DNA from: Reclinomonas americana ATCC 50394
Lineage: Eukaryota
NCBI GenBank assembly: GCA_048213135.1
Contig: PS015035.1
Location: 83,363 to 122,734, forward strand
Direction of reading: 5' to 3'
Length of the DNA stretch: 39,372 nt
The position numbers and the translations under genes were made by a program. Shown in pieces: positions 22,417-35,836 of the stretch (its first letter is position 1; every line of letters starts with the position of its first letter). A model generated the notes under the pieces. The model was not told the origin of the DNA and made no database searches. It worked only from the letters and a program-made list of their open reading frames with translations.

Positions 22417-25400
22417 TTCCGACTCGGGAACGACGGCGACACTGGCCACCTCCACCGACATGCCCGGCTCCAGACCCTGCAACAACGACACCAGCACCAG
22501 TAGCTCCTCTGCCGACGAGCACGGAATGCCGTGTCTTGAGCGCAGCTCCGTGGGGATGACACGCGCCAGCCAGCGGATGAGTGGGCCATCGGCGGCGTGG
22601 TGATACAGGCGGAATGCACGGACACCCAGTCCTGGTTCCGGCGTTGGCGGCTTGCTCCACGAGCTCTGCGAACTCTGCGAGCCCATCGACTGTACACTTG
22701 GGCGCCGCACAGCGCTGTGCGTGGGAGCAAACGTGGATTGGAACTGTGGCGCCATAGGTGGCTGCGGCGGTGGCAAATCAAAGCCGTGCGAGCCGCTGAA
22801 CAGCGCTCGTGAGGCCGGTTCGCCAGCGGGTGGAGGTGGCGTCTGTCGCTGATACACAGGCAGGTAGGCGGGACCGTTGCGCGCCATATCCTTGGCGAGC
22901 GCCACATCTCGCGGTGGGTACGCGGGCTCCGGCGACGCATTCACCACTGGCGACATGGCGGACCCAGGAGCATCTGTGCGCCAAACGAGAACAGTGAATC
23001 ACAGTCGTGTCTATGTGTGCGTGCGACACCATGCACACGCGCACCATCAAAATCGCGCAAAGCAAACAGCATCTGGTCCTGCAACGTGGCCGGGATGGAC
23101 GACTCCAGATCACTGCGCACCTCAATGTCGCTCGGCTTGGTATTGTTCACTGTGTGCCGAGAGCAACAGGACAAGGTTGTTAGCACTCTTTGTGCACGCA
23201 CACACACATGGACACATGCATGGCGACGCAACGCTGAGGCGTGGGTGAGAACATGGAGCCAGCACCGCTCGATGCCTCCGTCCAGCTCGCACTGCCGGGA
23301 CTTGGTGCTGCGGGAAGGGCGGCTATGGAAGCAGCATTGGGTCGCGCTGGAGCCGAGTGCGGTGGTCGCGCGGCTGTGCTGGCCTTTGGAGGTGACGGCG
23401 ATGCCTCGGCAGTCATGTTATACGGCGCCGTAGGCCGGGCCATGGGAGAACCGTAGAACTGCATCACTGGTGCCGGGTCGTCGGCCACCGCCGCTGCGTC
23501 GGCCGGCGACGGCTGCGACAATGGCGGTGGAATGGGAGACGACTCGGTGCCTCCTCTTGTCACTGGCTCTGACATTGCTGGTGGCGCTGATGGTTGTGGT
23601 GGAGGAGGCGGCTGGAGTTGCAGCAGTGGAGCAGGTTCCGAAAACTCGAGTACAGACGATCTGGCTGCACTGCCTGGCTCCTCCACATCTTGCTCTGCCG
23701 TTGCTGTTGCCGACGAGGCAGCAGTGGCAACTGCACCACCTTGTGGTGTTTCCGCGTCGACAAAGCGGTGCACCGTTGCTACACAAACAACAATGTAAGA
23801 CGCTGACCGGGGAAACGGAGCACATGCAGGCACGCAACGTTCACTCGTGCCGGCCACAGCTGGCGGAAGCGTTGCAGACTTGCGTCGCGGTTGCGGGGTC
23901 TGCTCTGCGGCTGCCTGAGCCACCAGTGCAGGATTGAGCACGGGATCGCGAGCTCGCAGTGCGCTCTACAACACGCGTGCGTGTAAGTCATTGTCCGTGA
24001 CCACCTGGAAAGCCATGGGAAAGCGAGTTGTAACCCACCAGTTCCTCCAGGCACACCACTTGATGCGGCTGCAGGAACACACCGTAGCCGGGAGCGCAGT
24101 CAAAGTACCGCGTTCCATTCCACGAGCCGTCATTGCGGCCATCTGTGTGCATCGTTNNNNNNNNNNNNNNNNNNNNNNNNNNNNNNNNNNNNNNNNNNNN
24201 NNNNNNNNNNNNNNNNNNNNNNNNNNNNNNNNGGTCAGCGACAGCAAAAGAGAGAGAGAGGGAGGGAGAAGCGATCGATAACGCAACTCGGCCCCTCCAA
24301 CTCCACTCCGATCCAGATGCTTGGCGCAAAGCGCACCTCACCCAGGTAACGCACAACGCCGACCAAGTCGCGCTCAGTGACCACCACTGCGTCGCCAACA
24401 ATGGGTAGTGTGCGGTCGGCACGCGGTCCGTATCGCTCCACAATCCAGGGATCACCAAACTGAACGCGCCTGATGCCCGAACGCGATGAGAAACAGAAGC
24501 AAGAAACCACAAAAAAATAAGACACAAGACAAACCTCAACAAGTCGACNNNNNNNNNNNNNNNNNNNNNNNNNNNNNNNNNNNNNNNNNNNNNNNNNNNN
24601 NNNNNNNNNNNNNNNNNNNNNNNNNNNNNNNNNNNNNNNNNNNNNNNNNNNNNNNNNNNNNNNNNNNNNNNNNNNNNNNNNNNNNNNNNNNNNNNNNNNN
24701 NNNNNNNNNNNNNNNNNNNNNNNNNNNNNNNNNNNNNNNNNNNNNNNNNNNNNNNNNNNNNNNNNNNNNNNNNNNNNNNNNNNNNNNNNNNNNNNNNNNN
24801 NNNNNNNNNNNNNNNNNNNNNNNNNNNNNNNNNNNNNNNNNNNNNNNNNNNNNNNNNNNNNNNNNNNNNNNNNNNNNNNNNNNNNNNNNNNNNNNNNNNN
24901 NNNNNNNNNNNNNNNNNNNNNNNNNNNNNNNNNNNNNNNNNNNNNNNNNNNNNNNNNNNNNNNNNNNNNNNNNNNNNNNNNNNNNNNNNNNNNNNNNNNN
25001 NNNNNNNNNNNNNNNNNNNNNNNNNNNNNNNNNNNNNNNNNNNNNNNNNNNNNNNNNNNNNNNNNNNNNNNNNNNNNNNNNNNNNNNNNNNNNNNNNNNN
25101 NNNNNNNNNNNNNNNNNNNNNNNNNNNNNNNNNNNNNNNNNNNNNNNNNNNNNNNNNNNNNNNNNNNNNNNNNNNNNNNNNNNNNNNNNNNNNNNNNNNN
25201 NNNNNNNNNNNNNNNNNNNNNNNNNNNNNNNNNNNNNNNNNNNNNNNNNNNNNNNNNNNNNNNNNNNNNNNNNNNNNNNNNNNNNNNNNNNNNNNNNNNN
25301 NNNNNNNNNNNNNNNNNNNNNNNNNNNNNNNNNNNNNNACGCTCGCGCTGAATAGTGCGTTCACGAGCAGCCGCGGCCTCATCAACCACCACGGCCTCTT

Positions 25401-28400
25401 CCGTCTGCTCCTGGGTAAAATCGCCGGCATCCTCCTCGGTGACCGCCGCTTCTCCTGCTGCCGCAGAAGCTGAGGCTGACGGAGCAGGAGCACCGCTCTC
25501 GTCCACCTCCCAGCCCTCCAGCATGCGCCGCTCTTCCGAATTCAGCACCGCGCCAGCACCCGCACCATTTTGCTGTTGCCGTTGCTGTTGCTGAGGTGGT
25601 GCGCGTGCAGCGCCGGTCGAGGACGATGCTGCCTGAGAGGGCGGTGGTGAGCCGCGCGTCCGTGCCGCCAGCTCCTGCGCGCGCCGATCGGCTTCCTTGG
25701 TTTGCGTCAAGTAGCGATCCAACTCGCGCGCAATGGCAGTGAACAGATTGCCGCGGGCACAGCGCAGGCAGTAGCGCAGCAGCTCTCGCTGTCGATCGAG
25801 TTGTTGATCCTGCAAAAGAAAGAACGACTCAGCACACGGATTGTTGAGAACGCGAGTCTGCAGTGCCACCAACCATGCCATCGAGACCCAGTTCAGTGTG
25901 GGCCACCTCAAACGCTGCAAACGACTGCAGCTGATCGTACACGCGATCGTACTCCTCGTGCGTGGTGAAAAAGTAGCACGTCTCCAACACTTGGTGATGC
26001 ATGGTGATGCAAAAGTCCTGTCGTATGAGAGCGCATGAGACAAGACGATTCACGCTTGGTCTGGGCGACCCCACCCACCTGCATGTCCTCGCGTGTGCGC
26101 GACTGTGAGCCCTCGCCGCGCATGTAGTCGTAAATGTGCTCCCACGGAGTGCGATCGCCTTCACGACCTGCATTGGCCAAGTCAGTACACATTCATGAAG
26201 CCAGCTGTGGTGACATGCACGCAACGAAGGAAGCGTCTGGCATCCTCACGCGCATTGAACGCTGCAAAATTGAAGGGTCCCGCCTCATGCGGATGCACCA
26301 AATGATCGTCGGGCACGTATGCAGCCGGTCCAGGGCTGTCGCGGCCAGGCAACCACGTCTCCTGCCGCACATCGCGACCTGCGACCCGTTTTTTCGTGAG
26401 CAAACATTTCTTACAAACGGCAGCGTGGACAATCACTCTCACCGACAACACTGGTCTTGACCGGCGATCGCACCGACGAGCGACCCGCACTGCGAGCGTC
26501 GGCAGAGCTGGCGCTGTACGACAGACCATCGGCGCTGCTGGCCACGGCATCGACGCGACGGCTGGAGGAGCTTGACGGCGGTGCAGACCGGCTGCGTGAT
26601 GGCGGCGAAATCTTGAGTGACGTGCTCCGCCCTTCAGAGCGGGCTGGCGGTGCAGCCAAATGATTCGGCGACGACGTGACGGACGCGGGACCGACTCGGC
26701 GTTTCGGCTGCACCGGTGACGGACGCTCTCCACCCCACGACCGTCGGTTCTGCTGACGAGCACGGCTGGCGGCGGCCGCAGCAGAGGCAAGCGACGGCTG
26801 CTCATGAGATTATTGTGAATGTATGAGTCCAACCAGCACAACGACACGGCGGCGAAAACGATACAACGCACCCCAGACGAAGTGCCTGCGGCGGGCGCAG
26901 TCGGAGCCGGCGCGTTGGTGTCGTCAGCGGCAACATTGGGAACGCTCGTCGGACGCTGTTGCGGCGACGACTTCCGCTGCTGCGTGGTGCGCGACGCACC
27001 CGGTGACTGTTTCGACGACTGCAAGCATGTCAGTATTCTGGCCAAACACATTCAAATCGACCACTCTCTGTCACGTACCGTGGCAGACGCGGGGCGACGC
27101 TGCTGTCGATCGGGTGCCGACGGTGAGCGACTCACCCGACGCTGACCCTGCCCGCTGCCGGACGAGCCCGACGACGGTGAGCCGGCTGAGCTCGGTCGCG
27201 GATTGGCGGCTGGGATCGTGTCACGCGGCTTGTTGTATGTCTGTGCAGGCACTGCCAAATGGCCTGCGTTTCGCTGTTGTTGTTGTTGTTGCTGCTGCTG
27301 TTGCTTGGTGGCGGGGCCCGGTGAAGCCGACGTGCTTCGCCGAGGGATGCCACTGCTTCCGGTACTCCGTGCAGGTGACGGCGTCTGCTGTGCGGAGGTG
27401 GAGGAGGCACCACGAGCGGCACCGCCGGCACTTGCACTCCGCTGATGCGCACCGCCGGCGGCTTGCGCAGATGAAGGAGGCGGCGTGCGGTTGGCTGTCT
27501 GAGACGTGCCACGCGACGCCGGACGCATGGTTTGACCCAAAGATTGCTGCGGCTGCTGCTTGGCAGGCTGTTGTGGCTCTGCAGGTGGCGTCTGCGCCGG
27601 CCCGCCACTCTGTCGCGCACCACCGCTCATCGCGCGCGTCGGCGGTTGCTGTGGCTGCTGAGCTGGCGGTTGCTGTGGTTTGCGGGTGGCGTACAAATCG
27701 TCGGCAGACTCGTCGAGTGCAGCGCGCTGCGCTGTGGATGCCGGCAACGGTGCTGGCTTGGCTGGTGTAACGGGAGGCGCATTGTCCTCAACAACAGGAG
27801 AGACAGCGCCTGCCGGTTCCGGCTGCGCCGGCGCTGCCGCAGACACCGGCGGCAGAGCAGGAGGAGGCGGCGGAGGAGGAAGAGCGGGCTGGACTGGTTG
27901 CGCACGCTGCGGTCCGAGCGCGAGAGTCGGCGCAGTTGGCGGCGCAGGCAGAGGCGGCGGAAGAGGTGGTGCCTGTTGAGAACTCGACGGAGCACCGCCT
28001 GCAAGCGCGGGCAACGGTTGCTTCTGCGAGAGCTGGCGCGGGACGGCAGGTGAAGCAGCAGAGCCGGCAGCCGCGGCAGTCGACGACAGCGGCGGCAGCG
28101 GCTTGGCCGGAGTCGCTCCGTCGCCATACGACAGCTCGAGAGTGGCATCACCAAAGGTGACGTCCTCCAGTGCAGTGGTGGGCGTCGTCGTATCCAGCAC
28201 CACTGGCTGCGGCGTGCCGAGTTGTGATGGTTGGGTGGGCGACACGACCAGCGCAGCCACAGTGTCGGTCTGTCGCGGTCGTCAGATGAGAAAAGAAAGA
28301 AGGATAGCAACAATTAAGGAGGGGTTACGCACATCGTATCCCGACATGATTTCAGACGAATGAGCAGCCAGGAGGCCACTGCCGGCTGCGGCCGAGCCGG

Positions 28401-30972
28401 TGCGCGTAATGGAACCGGCGCTGTTACCGCGCATATTCCCGTGCTGCATCTACACAGTCAGCACACATGCATTTGTATCCTTCCACATATGCACGACCCA
28501 ACAAACGAAACCTGTTTGACTGGCGTGGCGCGATCGACAACAACAATGTCTTCGGGCGAAATGACTGGCACGGCGGCGGCAGATGCTGACGATGATGAGA
28601 CGAGTGGAGGGACTGTGACACCTGCGGCGGCGGTGGCGTTCGGTGGCAGTGGTGCAGCGACGTGCTCGTGCATGGCGGCTGAGAGCATGCGGTCGGAGGA
28701 CAGGCGCTTGGGCGCCGCCAGATCCGTGTCCAATGGCGGCATCACGGCCACTGGCTGTCGCGGCGGTGACACACTGTTGGCGGTCACCGGCTCACGCTCC
28801 GACGGGAATGCCGACTGCTGCGACGACGGTTGCAGCGCTTCGGAGCTCACAGAACGCGGCAGCGCCGACTTTTCCGCAGGCTTCGAAGGACTCGGCGGCA
28901 GCACCGTCAGCGGAACCTGCGCACAATGTGAGATGGCGCAAAGATGATACCATTCGCAATCGGCGTCGACGCACCTGTGCGGCAGCACTGTCGACAGTGG
29001 CCGTTCGCAGCGGCTGCGCCTTGGCACCAGCAGCCGCCAGCGCCAGAGCCGACGCCGACTGGTGCAACGGCGGGAGTGACGGAGGTCGCTCGTGCGTGCT
29101 GTGATGAGTCGAGTGGTGCGAGGCGACCGAGGCAGTGGCCTGCACACACCAAAATCAGCCCATTGAAATGAAAAACAGAGAGAGACGAGTCGTAAAACGC
29201 AACTCGACGGATGCCAGTGGCGTCATCCTCGGAATCCGAGAACGCCATGTCAAACGACTCCATGCCGGCCTCGGACTCCTCCTGGTCGCGTGAGTTGAGG
29301 CGCGGCAGGTTGCGACGATTCTCTGGTGCCGGCGACGGAATCGACAGTGGAGGCACGACTGAAGGACGTGCACCAGCGGCTGCTGCCGCCGCAGCAGCAG
29401 TGGAGCGTGGTGGAGGCACGTCGAGAGACGGATCGCTGCGTGACTCGACCAGCGGCATCACAGCCGTGACGACGGGCATGCTCAATCCACTGCCCGACGC
29501 ACCGCCATTGGCACCTGCGGCGGCGGCGGCGGCGGTGGCGGTAGTCGCACCGGCATTGTTGGTGCCTGTGAGTGCGGCCACGGTTTCGTCGGACGCTGCC
29601 GGTGCGCCATTCGCCGGACGCCACGGTCTCCGTTCCAAGTACAGTGTCACCTGCGCGCACGAGAGTTGAGAACAACAAATAGAGAGAGCGGGTGGGGGAG
29701 CGATTGCACGACGTCGTCAACAAACCCGATGCAAGTACGGACCAAACACCTCGCGCTGACTGATGATGAGCAGCTCGGTGCACAGAATCGACACGTAGTA
29801 GGGTGCTGACGGGGGCAGCGCCAGAGCCTGGGTCACCTCGGCATCGGTGCGCGGTGGTATGGCAGCGCGTGGCGGAGCACCGGGTGGCGGAGGGAACATG
29901 GATGGACCAACACTGCACGACGACGACAGCAAGTGGGCATGCAAGCGGGACGAGAAGAATGGAGTAAAAAACACGCAACGCCATGGCCACCAGATCCGGC
30001 GACATGCGAGTCACTTGCTTGGCGGCCGCCACCTCGCGACACAGAGTGCACACGGCACACAGCACGGCGCGGTGCGGAACCGGGAGCTCGTTAACGAGCG
30101 CCTGCACGCGCGGCAACAGCGCTACCAATGTGTCACGCCGCTTCGTGTCGTTGCGCTTGGCCGCTCGCACCGGCTTGTACGCCTCTGCACGATCGGTCGG
30201 TCAAACAACGGGCGCGCGCGATACGCCAAGACGACAGCCAACCCCACACACAACTGGCAATCTCCTCCCACTGCGTGAATCGATCGGCTCCCATGAGCGT
30301 GCCCGGAATGAGCTGCAGAAACAGCTTGAGCACCGATCCCAGCGTCTGCGCATCGACCGCTCCCGAGTCCACCGCATGATACAAGCCCGCATCGATCTTG
30401 GCGCGCAGCTCGCGAATGTGCGTGCGACGACCGAGCTCACGCAGAAAGTTGCGCTGCGTCGGGCCTGCTCGTCGTACGCCACCACCGATCAGCACCATGA
30501 CAGCAATCGAAAGAAAGAAACAAGGAAAATGGCAACTGACCCTTCGCGCGCAGCACCTGCATGAGGAAGATGAGGAAGCGCGGGACGACATAGTCGGGCG
30601 ATGAGAGGTCGTCGCCGGAGGGCGAGTTGACGGCCGAGGTGGCGGCCGAGGAGGGCGATCGATTGCCGCGATTGTCGACCATGGCGGGCGATGAGGCGGC
30701 CGAGTCGCCGGCGGCATTGGCAGACGATGAAACGGCGCGTTCCTCGGCGCGTTCGCGCTGGAGAATGCGATCGAGCGCAACGCCAAACACCAGAGGTTGC
30801 GAGGCCGCGTCCAGACCGTTCAGACCTGCTGCTGCTGCGCCACCAGCGGCGGCCGTGGTCGCGCCAGGACGCGCCTTGGCGTCGGCACTCTGCTCACAGC
30901 CCCTGTGTGTGTGTGTGCGCGTGTGTGCGTCAGCGAAGGGAGCGAAGTGTGTGGGAAAACGATTTTGAACAT
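22417..30972 (-). CDS. Very large RhoGAP-domain ... CAP-Gly-domain protein; ~19 introns, interrupted by gaps, start uncertain
   Basis: RhoGAP ~29745-30790: VFGVAL..VPRFL..FLRELG..LKLFLQLIP..LPVPHRAVL..RMS..AVGPSMF. CAP-Gly ~24065-24400: GVVRYLGEVRFAPSIWIGVELEGP|NGRNDGSWNGTRYFDC..GVF. Long Pro/Ala/Ser/Gln linkers. Confidence 0.72.
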
Positions 30973-32499
30973 GGCCGCTCTCTCGCTCTGCCCTCTCTCG
31001 CTGTGCACACGCAGTTGCTCTGTGGATTCTCTGATTATATGTGTGTACATGTGTGCATGCGTGTGCGTGTGGGTGTGTGTGTGAGGGAATTGAGCGGTTA
31101 GGGGGGGTGCGCCATGGCGCGAAACTGGCGGCGGTGTTCACTCGGGGGTTTTATCGTGGTGGTGCGATGACAGTGGTGTGCGTACCCCCCGCCACATCGT
31201 GATGGTGGCATGTACGCAACATGAAGGCGCTCGCTGGGAAATCGAAATCCTGTTACTTCTGCAATTTGTGTTTTGGACCGACCGGCGGCGATCAATCGTC
31301 GCTTCGCGTCGTCATGTCGGCCACGAGAATCGGCACTGTGGCGGGTGCCAACTTCCCCCATCCCTTCCCATCCCCNNNNNNNNNNNNNNNNNNNNNNNNN
31401 NNNNNNNNNNNNNNNNNNNNNNNNNNNNNNNNNNNNNNNNNNNNNNNNNNNNNNNNNNNNNNNNNNNNNNNNNNNNNNNNNNNNNNNNNNNNNNNNNNNN
31501 NNNNNNNNNNNNNNNNNNNNNNNNNNNNNNNNNNNNNNNNNNNNNNNNNNNNNNNNNNNNNNNNNNNNNNNNNNNNNNNNNNNNNNNNNNNNNNNNNNNN
31601 NNNNNNNNNNNNNNNNNNNNNNNNNNNNNNNNNNNNNNNNNNNNNNNNNNNNNNNNNNNNNNNNNNNNNNNNNNNNNNNNNNNNNNNNNNNNNNNNNNNN
31701 NNNNNNNNNNNNNNNNNNNNNNNNNNNNNNNNNNNNNNNNNNNNNNNNNNNNNNNNNNNNNNNNNNNNNNNNNNNNNNNNNNNNNNNNNNNNNNNNNNNN
31801 NNNNNNNNNNNNNNNNNNNNNNNNNNNNNNNNNNNNNNNNNNNNNNNNNNNNNNNNNNNNNNNNNNNNNNNNNNNNNNNNNNNNNNNNNNNNNNNNNNNN
31901 NNNNNNNNNNNNNNNNNNNNNNNNNNNNNNNNNNNNNNNNNNNNNNNNNNNNNNNNNNNNNNNNNNNNNNNNNNNNNNNNNNNNNNNNNNNNNNNNNNNN
32001 NNNNNNNNNNNNNNNNNNNNNNNNNNNNNNNNNNNNNNNNNNNNNNNNNNNNNNNNNNNNNNNNNNNNNNNNNNNNNNNNNNNNNNNNNNNNNNNNNNNN
32101 NNNNNNNNNNNNNNNNNNNNNNNNNNNNNNNNNNNNNNNNNNNNNNNNNNNNNNNNNNNNNNNNNNNNNNNNNNNNNNNNNNNNNNNNNNNNNNNNNNNN
32201 NNNNNNNNNNNNNNNNNNNNNNNNNNNNNNNNNNNNNNNNNNNNNNNNNNNNNNNNNNNNNNNNNNNNNNNNNNNNNNNNNNNNNNNNNNNNNNNNNNNN
32301 NNNNNNNNNNNNNNNNNNNNNNNNNNNNNNNNNNNNNNNNNNNNNNNNNNNNNNNNNACCACTGTCTTCCGCACGGTTATATGAATGGGAAGTCTCTCTT
32401 TCACTGGACGCTTTCGTGATGATGCAACAACAACAAGGCAGCTGCTCCCGCTCACGCAAGGACAAGCAACGCGAGCCCCGCCACCACGGGCGCACGCGC

Positions 32500-35230
32500 T
32501 TACTTCTTCGACCAATCGCCCACCAAGCGAGCCAAACGCAGCTTGGACACCTTGCGGCGGTGCACCTTGCCAATGTTCTTCTTCTTGTTGGCCGCGGTCT
32601 GGACCGTCGGGTTGGCGGCGCGGAAGCGCTCGTAGTTGAGGGCCTTGCGCTTGAGGGTCTTGGCGTACGGGTTGAGGCGCAGCATCGTCATCAGGTTCTT
32701 CAGTGGGTTCTTCTTCAGCTGGAAGTTGCGCTTTGGCTTCTCGCGAGCGCGCAGCTTCGACTGCACTTCGTCGGAGTTGATGATGCGGTCCAGGTCAGCA
32801 TTGTTCATCGTCGGTCGCGGCAGGCTGCCAGTCACAACAACAACGACCATGAGTGCGTGGGTAGGGAATAGAGAAGGGAAAGCAATAGTCGTCGTCAACG
32901 CACCGGTATCCAGACTTGAGGGTAGCCTTGGCCTTCACGGTGCCGTACAGCTTGTTCAGGCGCTGGAATGCCGGCTCAGTCCAGATGATGAAGCGGCCGA
33001 GGTGGCCACCCGGGGCGAGCTGCAGCAGGTTCAGGCGGTTGACGTTGGCGACCTCCACACCAGGAATGTTGCGGAAGGCCTTCGCAATGCCCTTGTCGTT
33101 GGCGTACACCACCAAGGGTCCGCGGCGCTGCACGTAGCGGCGGTTGCGGTACTTGCCCTTGCCGGCGCGCACCTTGCGGCTCGAGTCGACACGCTTCACA
33201 TCGCTAAACGCATGCAGGCGCTTCAACACAGCCACAGCCTGCTTGGTCTTGCGGATGCTCTCCGCCTGCTTGTCCAGCACCAACGGCACCTCCGGGATGC
33301 GCGAGATGCGGTGACCGCGAGCGAGCACCAGAGGCGGCACCTACACGCACAAGCAAAACAANNNNNNNNNNNNNNNNNNNNNNNNNNNNNNNNNNNNNNN
33401 NNNNNNNNNNNNNNNNNNNNNNNNNNNNNNNNNNNNNNNNNNNNNNNNNNNNNNNNNNNNNNNNNNNNNNNNNNNNNNNNNNNNNNNNNNNNNNNNNNNN
33501 NNNNNNNNNNNNNNNNNNNNNNNNNNNNNNNNNNNNNNNNNNNNNNNNNNNNNNNNNNNNNNNNNNNNNNNNNNNNNNNNNNNNNNNNNNNNNNNNNNNN
33601 NNNNNNNNNNNNNNNNNNNNNNNNNNNNNNNNNNNNNNNNNNNNNNNNNNNNNNNNNNNNNNNNNNNNNNNNNNNNNNNNNNNNNNNNNNNNNNNNNNNN
33701 NNNNNNNNNNNNNNNNNNNNNNNNNNNNNNNNNNNNNNNNNNNNNNNNNNNNNNNNNNNNNNNNNNNNNNNNNNNNNNNNNNNNNNNNNNNNNNNNNNNN
33801 NNNNNNNNNNNNNNNNNNNNNNNNNNNNNNNNNNNNNNNNNNNNNNNNNNNNNNNNNNNNNNNNNNNNNNNNNNNNNNNNNNNNNNNNNNNNNNNNNNNN
33901 NNNNNNNNNNNNNNNNNNNNNNNNNNNNNNNNNNNNNNNNNNNNNNNNNNNNNNNNNNNNNNNNNNNNNNNNNNNNNNNNNNNNNNNNNNNNNNNNNNNN
34001 NNNNNNNNNNNNNNNNNNNNNNNNNNNNNNNNNNNNNNNNNNNNNNNNNNNNNNNNNNNNNNNNNNNNNNNNNNNNNNNNNNNNNNNNNNNNNNNNNNNN
34101 NNNNNNNNNNNNNNNNNNNNNNNNNNNNNNNNNNNNNNNNNNNNNNNNNNNNNNNNNNNNNNNNNNNNNNNNNNNNNNNNNNNNNNNNNNNNNNNNNNNN
34201 NNNNNNNNNNNNNNNNNNNNNNNNNNNNNNNNNNNNNNNNNNNNNNNNNNNNNNNNNNNNNNNNNNNNNNNNNNNNNNNTAACAGCAATGAGTCTCTGTG
34301 GATTGCATAAAAGAGAGTGGATGTGAGGGAAGATAAAACTCAACAGCCGAGGCGGCCAGAGCCGAGGTCACGGCGTAGCGCTTCTGGTTGAGGTTGATCT
34401 TGCGGTGCCAGCGGCGCCAGATCTTGGTGGGTGCGAACATGCGACCCTTGCGGCACATGTTGCCGAAGGCGCCCTGACCAGCGCGGATGGTGCCACCACC
34501 CGAGACACGGGGAATACGAGCCACGGCGCGACCAGTGCCCCACGACTCGGCAGAGTGCTGGTGACCAGCCTTCTCCGAGACAGCGTATGCCTGGCGGCTG
34601 TTCTTGCGCATGTTGGTGTGCACAAAGTGCACGATATCCGTGCGGATCGGCGCGACAAAGACCGACGGCAACGGCACCGACTTCTTGGTCGGCGTCGCCC
34701 GAGGGCCATCAAACGCGCGGAACACAGTCACCTGCGGACGAGCAGCGGCCTGCACACACACACAGTCAGAAGGGAGGGGCGTGTGTGTGCGCCATGCATG
34801 CACATGCACAACCACAAGAGGCAAGCCCACTCTCACACGAGGTACCCTTTCTCACTGCCGCACACACATGTACAAGGAGGGGGCATTGTGCAAAGGCGAG
34901 AGAGAGAGAGATGGAGTGGATAGACAGGGGGAGAGAGAACCATGCCATGTCGACTCACTCGCACACACACACACATCATCATGACCTTCCATCAATCTCT
35001 GCCATCTCGCTTCAAGCACATGCACGCATAACAACAACAACAACGGCCGCACACAGAAACGGCCGAGAAACCGCGCGTAGCACTCGTGCAGACCACGCGA
35101 CATGTCACACATGCAACGCACACACAGGCACACAGGCACAACCAAGCATCCACTGTTCTTTTTTCGTTTTGTGCGCTGCCCCCCTCCCATTCCCGCTACT
35201 GACACGCCCAGCCAAACCCACCGTTGACAT
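32500..35230 (-). CDS. RPL4: 60S ribosomal protein L4 (uL4); exons 35230-35222, 34749-34345, 33340-32904, 32824-32500
   Basis: [79 protein letters not shown]. Confidence 0.97.
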
Positions 35231-35836
35231 GGCTATTGCTCCAGTGTGTGGAGAGAGAGAAAGTGGACAATCTGGTGGCCGGCCGGTCGGGTGGACGGGT
35301 GGAATCTCCATATTTCACTGACACACAACCCGGAGAGTTGAGTCGGCGGGAGGGGCAGCAGTGTGTCACAGCAGCGGGTAGTGTCTGTCTGTGTATGTGT
35401 GTGCCGGGTGTCTGTTACAGGAGAGGAGAGCAGGGGAGAGGGAGAGCGAGGGGTGGAAAGTGTTTGTGAGTGGCGCATGTGCATGTGCGTCAATGTCCAT
35501 GGTGCGCGCGCGCCCCCTCTGCCCCCTTGTTTCCCCGCACCGCTTCGTGCGACGTGTACTGTGTGCCTGTGCTTGCGTCTGGCGATGTGGTGGGAGGGGA
35601 GCAGTGTGTTTTGGTGATTGATTGTCATGACACACTTGATAGAAAGGAGAAGGAGGAAGAAGTAATAGCAGACTGTGTTCTCTGTCTCCTTATTGTCAGC
35701 GACTGTCTGCGTGTGTTCGTGCGTGCGTGTGTGCGCGCGCGCGTGAGGAAGGGGGTGGGGAGAGTGAGAAGAGGGTAGGGCATGGCATGGCGACGGGAGA
35801 CCATGGCAGGCTTGCTCACTGTTTGCTCCGTGCAGG

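Noticed and set aside
26800-29700. Many long plus-strand ORFs
   Set aside because: Antisense shadows of GC-rich, low-complexity exons of the minus-strand gene.
31376-34280. Long ORFs in the supplied track spanning N runs (also 17549-18182, 24549-25338, 36962-37731)
   Set aside because: Artefacts of translating assembly gaps.
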